A DNA stretch of 32,014 nt from positions 1,238,967 to 1,270,980 of the forward strand of contig CP070731.1 in NCBI GenBank assembly GCA_020347545.1, in the 5' to 3' direction. The position numbers were made by a program, and so were the translations under genes. Shown in pieces: positions 16,804-25,983 of this stretch; positions within the stretch are counted from its first letter, which is position 1, and each line of letters starts with the position of its first letter. A model generated the notes under the pieces. That model did no database searches, was not told the DNA's origin, and worked only from the letters and a program-made list of their open reading frames with translations. The stretch is from Flavobacteriaceae bacterium. Its GTDB lineage: Bacteria > Bacteroidota > Bacteroidia > Flavobacteriales > Flavobacteriaceae.

Positions 16804-18839
16804 TCAGGTTTCTGAATTTAATTCAAATGCTCCACTGATGGCTGTATCATAAAAAGTTACTCCTTCCCTAAATGACGTTTTTAACCATCTTTGCTTCAAG
16901 AAGTTATAATTAGAACCGTCCGCAATTATCAATTCGGGTTGAACTTTTTTTAAAAATCGCTCGAGATTGATTTTTGGTGAGTTGAGAAGCAGGATTATAT
17001 CAGGGTCTAAATCGAAATCTGTCACAATGCCTTCACTGTCGATAATCATGATTCGCTTTCCGTTCATTTCATAAACATTTTGAATACATGCTTCTTTATT
17101 GATCCTTAGTCCACATAATTCAATTTGATAGTTTTCCAGCAAAAGATCCAAACCCGGTTCCATATCCGTTTTTCTCAGTACTGTAACTGATCTTTCTTTC
17201 TTTTTGATAATCAGGCTTTTATTAAAGTTATGAAAAACAATAAAGGATGAACCTCTATTTGTAATTGCCAATTCATTTAAAACAGAAGTAGTAAAAAGAG
17301 TGAGAAACAACATCAGCGCAATTATTGCTTTTGATATTTCTTTGGTTTTATAAAAAAAGAGGGCACAAAGGAACAACAAACTCAGGGTCAAAAGAGTTTT
17401 TGAGAAAAAAACCTTATTCACTATCAACGCATCAAATTGTCCCAGAAAAAGGACCGTCTTGTTCATCAAACGGATCATTAAAGAGTAGATTTGAATGTAC
17501 CATTCAGGTGCCATGTCAAACTGAAGCATGAACAAAAGTAAATAGCCAAATCCAAGAATAACTCCCAGTAACGGAATCAGCAAAAGGCTGCTAGCCAGAA
17601 ACAAACCTGAAAACTCATGGAAATAGAATAAAATCAAGGGTAAAACTCCAATTTGAGCTGCAATAGAAACAGTGCTTAGGTTCCACAGGTATAACTTAAT
17701 CTTGTTTTTAGGAGTCCAAAGAATTGTCATTCCTGGCCTCAGGTTAACAATTGAAAAAACGGCCAGATAACTCAACTGAAATCCGGGATCAAACAAATAC
17801 AAAGGTTTCCAAATAAGACTTATAAAAAAGGCGGTAAAAAGAATATGATTTAAATGATTGGATCTCTTTAAATTTAAGGCTATTGAAATCAGGCTAAACA
17901 TGATTACGGCCCTCGAAACCGAAGGAGATAATCCGGTGAGGAATGCAAATAACCACAAGCCTAAAAAAGGGACCGTTATTATCAAAATTTTTCCAAATTT
18001 CCAGCGTCGAAAAGGCATTAACAGACTTCTTATAAAAAAAAGTAAAATGCCAACGTGTAAACCTGATATTGCCAATAGATGCATGGCTCCGGCTTTTCGA
18101 TAACCTGTTGACAGTTCTTTATTCATTTGGGTTTTTTTTCCCAGCAACAGAGCATCCAAAAGAGATTTCTCCATTTGGCCAAAACCCTGCTGATTCAAAA
18201 CAAAACTGAGATGTTCTCTATAATTCAAAGCCTTAGCCTGAAAAGTGTTTTGATTCGAACGGGTTCTCAAAAACTCTCTTTTTTCAAGGATCAGCTCACC
18301 CTCAACACCTTTTCTTCTGGAATACTCCTTATAATCAAATCCTCCCGGGTTTCTTTTATTCTCAATTTCACGAATTTTTAAATTTGTTAAAATCAGTTCC
18401 CCGGGTTTAAGAGAAACAGAATCTTTAGTTTTATTAACCCTCAGCCAAAGAAATCCTGAGGACTTCATCCTATTGACAGATTTCACCTCAGCAAGATACT
18501 TTCTGTAAAATCCAGTATTGCTCGTTTCCCTAAGAACAAGCACTCCATAAATCGTATTTTTTGACGATCCAAGACGGAAATGACTGGAGTTTAAACCCGG
18601 ACCCCATATTGAAACCAGGTATATTCCGGTAAAAATCAAAATAACCCAGGATGAAATCACAAAAGCAATTGGAGCTTTAAAGCCATTTCTTTTATGAAAA
18701 TCACCTAAAAAAATGTTTGCTATGCCAAAAAGTATTCCGCTAAAAATTACAATTTTAGAGAAGTCAAAAAAAAACCTAGAACAATTCCTATGGATAAAAA
18801 TAAACACAAATGAAGGGGAACAAATTTTAAATCAAGCAA
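16804..18839 (-). CDS. comEC: ComEC/Rec2 competence protein; 5' end frameshifted at a T9 tract as sequenced
   Basis: NPGGFDY, ALLLG, GAMHLLAISGLHVG, GLSPSVSRA, GFQLSYLAV competence-domain motifs. The family-like N-terminus (TTG 18839) is out of frame with the body by one nt at 18766-18774; the ORF track instead starts at GTG 18807. Confidence 0.92.
18766..18774 (-). repeat. T9 homopolymer at the comEC frame junction
   Basis: Plus strand gtc-AAAAAAAAA-cctag; minus strand CTAGG-T9-GAC. Confidence 0.9.
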
Positions 18840-18896
18840 ACCTGGTTATCTTTCAGAATTAATTGTATTATTTTCGCTGAGTAAACATTCAGGTCA

Positions 18897-20234
18897 TTGA
18901 ATAAAATTCCTAAAATCTCTTTCCGTCAGATAAATAAGCTTGCAATTCCCGCTATTATTTCGGGTATTGCTGAACCCCTTTTATCAATAACAGATACGGC
19001 CATTGTTGGAAATATAAGGATGAACCCAACAGAAGCTCTGGCAGCAGTTGGTATTGCCGGCTCTTTTATCTCGGCAATTGTATGGATACTCGCTCAAACA
19101 CGATCTGCAATTTCCGCAATAATTGCTCAATATCTAGGAGCCGGGAAATTAAAAGATATCGATCGACTCCCTGCTCAGATCATCGGAATCAATGTTTGTC
19201 TGAGTCTGGCCATCTATCTGGTTACTGTGTTCTTCGCTGAAAATATTTTTGAACTTTACAATGCCGAAGGAATGATCTTAGAGAAATCGGTTTCCTATTA
19301 TAGAATAAGGGCCCTGGGCTTACCTCTGACACTATTTGTTTTCTCTGTGTTTGGGGTGTTTAGAGGGTTGCAGAATACTTTTTGGCCCATGGTTATCAGC
19401 ATAACCGGGGCAAGCCTGAATATCATTTTAGACTTTATTCTCGTGTTTGGAATCCAGGATCTTATTCCGGCGCTTGATGTGGATGGGGCAGCTTGGGCAA
19501 GTGTCATATCTCAATTTGTAATGGCTCTTTTTTCACTGGTTTTGTTATTGAGAAAAACTCCTTTTTCTCTTAAAATTCATTTGCCGTTTCATCCTGAAAT
19601 CCAGCGGCTGCTGTCCTTAAGTTTAAACCTAATAATCAGGGCCATCTCTTTGAATATTGCCCTATACCTGGCCAATGCCTATGCAACAAAATACGGAGAT
19701 CATCATATAGCGGCTCAAACCATAGCCTTCCAAATCTGGCTCTTTTTTGCATTTTTTATCGATGGGTACTCTAGTGTTGGCAACATAATGTCCGGGAAAT
19801 TCCTGGGACAAAACAATTATGAAAAAATCTGGAAACTGAGCCGGCAACTCAATACATATACCGTTTTCATCGCGTTACTTCTCGGTGGAGTTTGTTTTGC
19901 ATTTTATTCCGAAATCGGACAGATGTTTAGCAAGGATGAAAAAGTACTTAGCCTTTTTAACAGTATTTTCTGGATCGTCCTTATCATGCAACCCATAAAC
20001 GCAATCGCTTTTGTTTTTGATGGAATTTTCAAGGGGTTGGCCGAAGCCGTTCTACTGAGAAATACTCTTTTAGCCTCCACATTTCTCGGATTTGTTCCTG
20101 TATTACTCGTTGGGGATTATTTTGATTTGGGCCTCTATGCCATCTGGATCGCATTTTTTGTATGGATGTTCATGCGGGCAGGAATTCTCTTTGTAGTTTT
20201 TAAGAAAAATTTTTCCCTTAAACCTCTAACATGA
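18897..20234 (+). CDS. MATE-family efflux transporter (DinF-like subfamily)
   Basis: LAIPAII..IAEPLLSITDTAIVG, ALAAVG, GVFRGLQNT..P, NIILD, GAAWAS, IAAQTI, FVFDGIFKG; about 12 TM segments. Confidence 0.93.
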   Translation: MNKIPKISFRQINKLAIPAIISGIAEPLLSITDTAIVGNIRMNPTEALAAVGIAGSFISAIVWILAQTRSAISAIIAQYLGAGKLKDIDRLPAQIIGINVCLSLAIYLVTVFFAENIFELYNAEGMILEKSVSYYRIRALGLPLTLFVFSVFGVFRGLQNTFWPMVISITGASLNIILDFILVFGIQDLIPALDVDGAAWASVISQFVMALFSLVLLLRKTPFSLKIHLPFHPEIQRLLSLSLNLIIRAISLNIALYLANAYATKYGDHHIAAQTIAFQIWLFFAFFIDGYSSVGNIMSGKFLGQNNYEKIWKLSRQLNTYTVFIALLLGGVCFAFYSEIGQMFSKDEKVLSLFNSIFWIVLIMQPINAIAFVFDGIFKGLAEAVLLRNTLLASTFLGFVPVLLVGDYFDLGLYAIWIAFFVWMFMRAGILFVVFKKNFSLKPLT

Positions 20235-20296
20235 TATTAGTTAGTGTTTAACAGGTCGTGAATAGGTAATTTGGCCAAAATTTAAATTCATTTCCA

Positions 20297-21187
20297 ATGA
20301 AAAAGACAACTGTTTTTCAAATTCTATTACTGGCACTTATTTCTGTTTCGTTAAACGCTCAAGAAATAAGTCCTTATATTTTGGTGGATGAACTAGATGG
20401 TTCTCAGGAAATAGTTCAGGAAAAAGTCATCAAAACTTTGCAAAACGCCGGATTCGAGATTCTGGGAGATTATCGGCCTGAAAATAATCAAACCTTAAAA
20501 GTCATTGTTTATTCAAGGAAAGACTTGCAAGACATCACCCTGAAAGTAAAAGATAGAGGGGCTTTGGCTGCAGCGCTAAAAATAGGACTCAAATCGGATG
20601 GCCCTGAAACGAAAGTTTCTTATCTCAATCCTGAATATCTCTTCCAGGCCTATCTTCGAGATTCCTATGATACCCATAAACAAGGCTTGAAAAAAATCGA
20701 AACTGACCTGAAAGCTGCTATGAATGAAATAGGAGATCTCAACAAAGGTTTTGGCGGCGCAATGAGTGCAGAAGATCTTAGAGAATACCACTATAAGATG
20801 ATGATGCCCTATTTTACAGATCCTGTAGAATTAAAAGAATTCGATAGTTTCGAGCAAGGTGTCGCGACTATAGAAAAGAATTTGAAAACAGGTAAAGGTG
20901 AAACAAAACTGGTCTACAAGCTCGTTTTTGAGGATAAGAAGGTAGCTGTTTTTGGTATTGGATATCTCGATGAAGAGCAAGGAGAAAAAGAATTTCTTCC
21001 AATAATCGGAGAAGAACATTTATCAGCCCTGCCTTATGAAATAATTCTTAGCGGAAAAAGTGCAACCATGCTTCACGGAAGATACAGGTTAGCCCTTCAC
21101 TGGCCGGAACTTACCATGGGTACATTTATGAAAATAAGAAGTACTCCGGGCGATTATAAAGACACCTTTAAGGCTCTTTGTGAGTAA
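20297..21187 (+). CDS. Exported hypothetical protein, possibly two DUF302-like domains
   Basis: Signal peptide ending NA|Q; 296-aa ORF followed by a terminator; DUF302-like segments in both halves (see findings). Confidence 0.75.
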   Translation: MKKTTVFQILLLALISVSLNAQEISPYILVDELDGSQEIVQEKVIKTLQNAGFEILGDYRPENNQTLKVIVYSRKDLQDITLKVKDRGALAAALKIGLKSDGPETKVSYLNPEYLFQAYLRDSYDTHKQGLKKIETDLKAAMNEIGDLNKGFGGAMSAEDLREYHYKMMMPYFTDPVELKEFDSFEQGVATIEKNLKTGKGETKLVYKLVFEDKKVAVFGIGYLDEEQGEKEFLPIIGEEHLSALPYEIILSGKSATMLHGRYRLALHWPELTMGTFMKIRSTPGDYKDTFKALCE

Positions 21188-21233
21188 TAACGGGTTGATA
21201 CGTTAAACATCGAAGTCAAGAACGAAATCATAT

Positions 21234-21271
21234 TGCCTGACCCTTTGAATTCCGGGGGTCAGGTATTTTTT
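21234..21271 (+). terminator. Intrinsic terminator after the 20297 gene; overlaps the lpxB stop codon
   Basis: Stem CCTGACCC (21236-21243) / GGGTCAGG (21256-21263) followed by TATTTTTT. Confidence 0.8.
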
Positions 21272-22368
21272 ATAATCAATTTGGCCGTTTTTTCACTGGC
21301 TCCTTTTCCTCCGAGGGCTTGTTCAAGTCTGTAATAGTGATCGAATATTGATTCTCTTCCTTTGAAGTCAAGAATCCTGAACAATTCATTCTCTAAATTG
21401 GTTTCATTGAATTCATCCTGAATTAATTCTGTAACCGCCTCTGTATCAAGAATCAGGTTTACCAAAGAAATGTATTTTACATTGACCAGTCTCTTCCCGA
21501 TCTGATAGGAAATTTCATTTCCTTTGTAACAAACCACTTCGGGAACTTTAAATAATGCTGTTTCCAATGTTGCGGTACCCGAAGTGACTAGAGCAGCCGT
21601 TGCTACAGACAACAGATCATAGGTTTTGTTTTCAACAATCGAAGTGTTGTCCTCCTTCAGGAACTTATGGTAAAATGACAGTTCCTGCCCGGGTGCACCG
21701 GCTATAACGAACTGATGATCAGGAAACTTTGCTGCCATTTTTAACATCACTGAAAGCATTTTGGTTATTTCCTGCTTTCTACTACCCGGCAAAAGTGCAA
21801 CGATGGGCTTGTCATTTAGGCCATTCTCCTCAGCAAAAGTCTCATGGTTAATGGGTTTTCGGTCCGCTATCGCATCCAGTAAGGGATGTCCCACAAAATG
21901 TACCGGGAAATCGTGCTTCTCTTCATAAAATTCCTTTTCAAAAGGTAGTATAACGTACATCTGATCTATATCCCTCTTGATCTTTTTGATCCTGTTCTCC
22001 TTCCAGGCCCATATCTGTGGCGAAATATAGTAATGGACCGTTATTCCATTTTTCTTCGCAAATTCTGCAATTCTCAAATTAAATCCAGGATAATCAACTA
22101 AGATCAAAGCGTCCGGAGCATATTCCAGCAGATCCTTCTTACAGAAACTGATATTGTTTAAAATGGTTCTTAGATTCATTACGACCTCCGCAAACCCCAT
22201 AAAAGCCAAATCCTTGTAATGCTTAACCAAAGTACCTCCCTGTTCCAACATTAAATCACCTCCCCAAAACCTGAAATCGGCATGGTTGTCCTCTTTTTTG
22301 AGGGCTTTCATTAAGTTCGAAGCGTGCAGGTCACCTGAAGCTTCTCCTGAAATGATATAGTATTTCAA
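21259..22368 (-). CDS. lpxB: Lipid-A-disaccharide synthase
   Basis: ISGEASGDLH, MGF.EV, VDYPGFN, YYISPQIWAW, ILPFE, FVGHPL, LLPGSR..E, SGTATLE, ELIQ; TTG start. Confidence 0.97.
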   Translation of the reverse strand: MKYYIISGEASGDLHASNLMKALKKEDNHADFRFWGGDLMLEQGGTLVKHYKDLAFMGFAEVVMNLRTILNNISFCKKDLLEYAPDALILVDYPGFNLRIAEFAKKNGITVHYYISPQIWAWKENRIKKIKRDIDQMYVILPFEKEFYEEKHDFPVHFVGHPLLDAIADRKPINHETFAEENGLNDKPIVALLPGSRKQEITKMLSVMLKMAAKFPDHQFVIAGAPGQELSFYHKFLKEDNTSIVENKTYDLLSVATAALVTSGTATLETALFKVPEVVCYKGNEISYQIGKRLVNVKYISLVNLILDTEAVTELIQDEFNETNLENELFRILDFKGRESIFDHYYRLEQALGGKGASEKTAKLIIKNT

Positions 22369-22399
22369 ATTTATTTCTTTTTATATCGATTACAATGAT

Positions 22400-22678
22400 C
22401 TATAAAAATTTGCTCATCAAAATTAAAAATGCAACAAAGAAGCAAGCCAAAAGAACTCCTCTTGCCCTTAGTTCCTGTTTCTTTTTTAGAAATATGAAAA
22501 AAACAAAAAGATTCGGAACTGCTGACAATCCGAGAATTTTACCGTATAAATTGCCTTCATCTATAATTTTTAAGGTTTCTTCAAAACTATAGGTCGATAC
22601 AAATTCAACATAAATATAAAAACCAAAAGCTGTGGCAACAAGACCAACAAAAAAACCTATTAAAATTTCCTTTTTCAT
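22400..22678 (-). CDS. Small membrane protein (about 3 TM) between surE and lpxB
   Basis: Hydrophobic segments, PNLFVFFIF...ARGVLLA; ATG 22678 overlaps the surE stop (TAATG). Confidence 0.8.
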   Translation of the reverse strand: MKKEILIGFFVGLVATAFGFYIYVEFVSTYSFEETLKIIDEGNLYGKILGLSAVPNLFVFFIFLKKKQELRARGVLLACFFVAFLILMSKFL

Positions 22679-23448
22679 TACAATTTCCAATTATTTAAAG
22701 CAGGTAAAAAATGATGAGCGGTAAGATCGAATCCAACGGGAACCACAGATATATAATCATTCTTCAGCGCCCAGATATCCGTATCCTCACCATGATCCAT
22801 ATCAACAAATTTACCAGTTAACCAATAGTATTCCTTTCCTTGAGGGTTTACCCTTTTATCAAACTCTTCAACCCAGTTTGCCCTGGCCTGACGGCAGATT
22901 TTGACACCTTCAAACTCAGACCCCTCAATCCTCGGAAAATTCACATTTAAAACGACTCCATCAGGAAGGCCGTTATTCAACACATTTAGCGCAAGGTTCT
23001 TTATATGTTTCTTTAAATGTTCAAACCTTGCATTCCAGGAATAATCAAGCAATGAAAAACCTATAGCGGGAATACCCTCAATACCCGCTTCAATGGCCGC
23101 GCTCATCGTACCGGAGTAAATAACATTTACAGAACTGTTGGATCCGTGGTTTACTCCTGAAACACAGAGGTCGGGTTTTTTATTCAGAATTTCACTTATT
23201 GCCATTTTAACGCAATCTGCCGGTGTTCCTGAACATCTGTATTCCAATTGCGGTCCCTCATCAATCGTTACTGCATCACAATAAATGGTCGAATCTAAAG
23301 TTATAGCATGACCCATGCCACTTTGTGGACTGTCAGGTGCAATTACAATAACATCTCCAATTTCATTCATTACGGAGATTAAAGTGCGGATCCCTGGAGC
23401 TGTGATGCCATCATCATTTGTAACCAGAATTAGGGGGCGTTTTTGCAT
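22678..23448 (-). CDS. surE: 5'/3'-nucleotidase SurE
   Basis: ILVTNDDG..APGI, QSG.G, GTPADCV, SG.NHGSN, YSGT.SAA.E; ATG 23448 is supported by a -7 box just upstream. Confidence 0.97.
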   Translation of the reverse strand: MQKRPLILVTNDDGITAPGIRTLISVMNEIGDVIVIAPDSPQSGMGHAITLDSTIYCDAVTIDEGPQLEYRCSGTPADCVKMAISEILNKKPDLCVSGVNHGSNSSVNVIYSGTMSAAIEAGIEGIPAIGFSLLDYSWNARFEHLKKHIKNLALNVLNNGLPDGVVLNVNFPRIEGSEFEGVKICRQARANWVEEFDKRVNPQGKEYYWLTGKFVDMDHGEDTDIWALKNDYISVVPVGFDLTAHHFLPALNNWKL

Positions 23449-23466
23449 ATAGGGTTTATTTGAAAA

Positions 23467-23474
23467 CAAAAATA
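23467..23474 (-). promoter_or_regulatory. -7 box for surE-hyp-lpxB
   Basis: Minus strand TATTTTTG exact TAnnTTTG, 18 nt upstream of ATG 23448. Confidence 0.6.
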
Positions 23475-23664
23475 TAACATTTGTCAATACCGTTTGAAAT
23501 TTATGTTTAACATTTAATTATGAGCAAATTCGACAATAAATGACTACTATTGTGTTCGAAATTGTTGAAAATTGAAGACATTTGTCATATTAAACGTTAT
23601 TTTACGTTGTATAAATAAGTTTTGACTATATTGTCATCATTTGAAACATGTATGAAGCGAGTTT

Positions 23665-25875
23665 ATGAGTAAAAATTCCCTCTTTATGAAAAGTAAGTTA
23701 AAGTATATTTTTCCGCTTATTATACTATCCGGAATGCTATTTGGATTTAAAGTAGCCAATGATCCGGACCCGGAAAAAGATAAAATATTAATAGGAATTG
23801 TCAGGTATGCATTAAAACAAGGGCATTATTCCCCGCATATGATTGATGATTCTTTTTCAGAAAAAGTATTCACCGATTTTATAGACGCTCTGGACCCTTA
23901 CAAAAGGTTTTTTCTACAAAGCGACATTGATGAATTTTCGAAAAACAGATATTTAATCGATGATCAGATTAAAAGTGAGGATCTGAGTTTTTATAATCAG
24001 GTAATTGCCCGATTTGATCAACGTGTTCAGGAATCTCAGCAGTACTACAGAGAGATTCTTCAAAGCCCGTTTGATTTTAGTAAAGAGGCCAGTTTTGATG
24101 TTGATTATGACAAAAAAACATTTTCAAAAAACCAGGCTGAGCTGATAAAGAATTGGCAAATGCAGCTAAAGGTTAGCACCTTATCCAGGCTCCATGAAAA
24201 GATTCAATTACAGGAATCGATGCTGGAAAACAATGAGGACAATGAGAATGAGGATAAAGATGAGGAGGAGAATGAAGACGGAGAAGAGGATGAAGAGCAG
24301 GATTCAAATACAAAGATTGTTGTTGAAAACAAATCCTTTGAAACCTTAGAAAAAGAATCGAGAGAGGCCACGCTTAAAAGTCTTGATGATTTGTATACCG
24401 TCATGTCTGAATTGGATCATACAGACTGGTTCGCCATATTTATCAATACCATGACCATTCAGTTTGATCCTCACACCAATTATTTCGCACCAAAAGACAA
24501 GAAACGTTTTGATCAGACCATGTCTGGAAAACTTGAAGGTATTGGAGCAAGACTTCAAAAAAGAGATGATTACACACGCGTTGCTGAATTAATTTCCGGT
24601 GGTCCTGCTTGGAGAGGCGGAGAACTTGAAGTGGGCGATTTGATTTTAAAAGTAGGACAGGGAGATGAATTTCCGGTTGACATAGTAGGTATGCGACTTG
24701 ATGACGCCATAGAATATATCAAAGGAAAAAAAGGTACCGAAGTTAAACTGACCGTCAAAAAAATTGACGGATCCATTAAGGTGATTTCGATTATCAGAGA
24801 CATCGTGGAACTGGAAGAAACTTTTGTAAAATCAAGTGTAGTTGATGTTGACAACAGAAAGTTCGGAATTATCAACCTTCCTAAATTCTATATTGATTTC
24901 AATGAAAGGAACTTCAGAAATTCTGCTACGGATATGGAGCAGGAGATCAGCAGGCTCAAGGAAGAGAATATAGAGGGCCTTTTGATCGATCTTCGAAACA
25001 ACGGTGGAGGATCCCTGAAAACAGCCATAGAAATCGCCGGTCTATTCATTGGTAATGGTCCTGTGGTTCAGGTAAAATATCGCGGGGAAAAAGCAAATAT
25101 ACGATCTGATAAAGACAAAAGGATTCAATGGGATGGCCCTTTGGTTGTTCTTGTAAATGAATTGAGTGCATCAGCCTCTGAGATTTTTGCGGCGGCCATG
25201 CAGGACTATAACAGAGCCGTAATTATAGGAAGCAAACAATCCTTCGGAAAAGGTACCGTACAACAGGTACTGCCTTTAAACAATGTTTTCAAATACGATA
25301 AGGACCTTGGAGCCATGAAGATGACGATCCAGAAATTTTACAGAATCAATGGAGGGTCTACACAACTTAAAGGAGTTTCAAGTGATATCGTAATGCCTGA
25401 TAAATATTCATACTTTGAAATTGGAGAGCGCGATGAAAAGAACCCATTGAACTGGGACAAAATAGAACCCGCTGAATATACACCTGTAAATGCTTATGAG
25501 AACTTTCACGAGGTAGTCAATGACAGTAAAAGAAGAATTGCCGATAATCCTCATTTCATAATCATTGACGATAATGCGAGATGGTTGAAGGAAGGGCGCG
25601 ATGATACCATGGTGAATTTAAACTATGAAATATTTAAAAAAGAATTGAAGCAAAGAGAAGAAGAAAGCAAGGCTTTTGACGACATAGCCTTGTACGAAAG
25701 TCGTTTGAATTTCATCTCCCCGAAATATGAACTTCCGATTCTCGAGAAAGATTCGATCCTGGCAAAAAAGAGAGAACTCTGGCATAAAAATCTTAAAAAA
25801 GATATTTATGTAGAGGAGGCTTTGACAGTTCTTTCTGAACTGGAAATGAATAAAAACCTGCTGGTGAAAAACTAG
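23665..25875 (+). CDS. prc: Carboxy-terminal processing protease Prc/Tsp (S41A)
   Basis: LDP...FLQSD, DPHTNY, LEGIGARL (PDZ), IDLRNNGGG, SASASEIFAAAMQDY.RA, catalytic Lys in FGKGTVQ, KFYRINGGSTQ.KGV. Confidence 0.96.
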   Translation: MSKNSLFMKSKLKYIFPLIILSGMLFGFKVANDPDPEKDKILIGIVRYALKQGHYSPHMIDDSFSEKVFTDFIDALDPYKRFFLQSDIDEFSKNRYLIDDQIKSEDLSFYNQVIARFDQRVQESQQYYREILQSPFDFSKEASFDVDYDKKTFSKNQAELIKNWQMQLKVSTLSRLHEKIQLQESMLENNEDNENEDKDEEENEDGEEDEEQDSNTKIVVENKSFETLEKESREATLKSLDDLYTVMSELDHTDWFAIFINTMTIQFDPHTNYFAPKDKKRFDQTMSGKLEGIGARLQKRDDYTRVAELISGGPAWRGGELEVGDLILKVGQGDEFPVDIVGMRLDDAIEYIKGKKGTEVKLTVKKIDGSIKVISIIRDIVELEETFVKSSVVDVDNRKFGIINLPKFYIDFNERNFRNSATDMEQEISRLKEENIEGLLIDLRNNGGGSLKTAIEIAGLFIGNGPVVQVKYRGEKANIRSDKDKRIQWDGPLVVLVNELSASASEIFAAAMQDYNRAVIIGSKQSFGKGTVQQVLPLNNVFKYDKDLGAMKMTIQKFYRINGGSTQLKGVSSDIVMPDKYSYFEIGERDEKNPLNWDKIEPAEYTPVNAYENFHEVVNDSKRRIADNPHFIIIDDNARWLKEGRDDTMVNLNYEIFKKELKQREEESKAFDDIALYESRLNFISPKYELPILEKDSILAKKRELWHKNLKKDIYVEEALTVLSELEMNKNLLVKN
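24226..24306 (+). repeat. Degenerate AATGAG(GAY) repeats encoding an acidic low-complexity tract in Prc
   Basis: Encodes ENNEDNENEDKDEEENEDGEEDEEQDS (18 of 27 residues D/E). Confidence 0.75.
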
Positions 25876-25891
25876 TCGAAACAAAAGATCT

Positions 25892-25934
25892 AAAAGCCCT
25901 TAATAATTCTTAGGATATTGTTAAGGGTTTTTTT
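25892..25934 (+). terminator. Intrinsic terminator after prc
   Basis: AAAA-GCCCTTAATAAT ... ATTGTTAAGGGT-TTTTTT hairpin with U-tract. Confidence 0.8.
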
Positions 25935-25953
25935 AAAGGTTGTTTTAAAAAGC

Positions 25954-25961
25954 TAACTTTG
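25954..25961 (+). promoter_or_regulatory. -7 box for tilS-dsbD
   Basis: TAACTTTG exact TAnnTTTG, 22 nt before the TTG start and immediately after the prc terminator. Confidence 0.65.
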
Positions 25962-25983
25962 CCAGACTTATTCTGAAGGTAAA

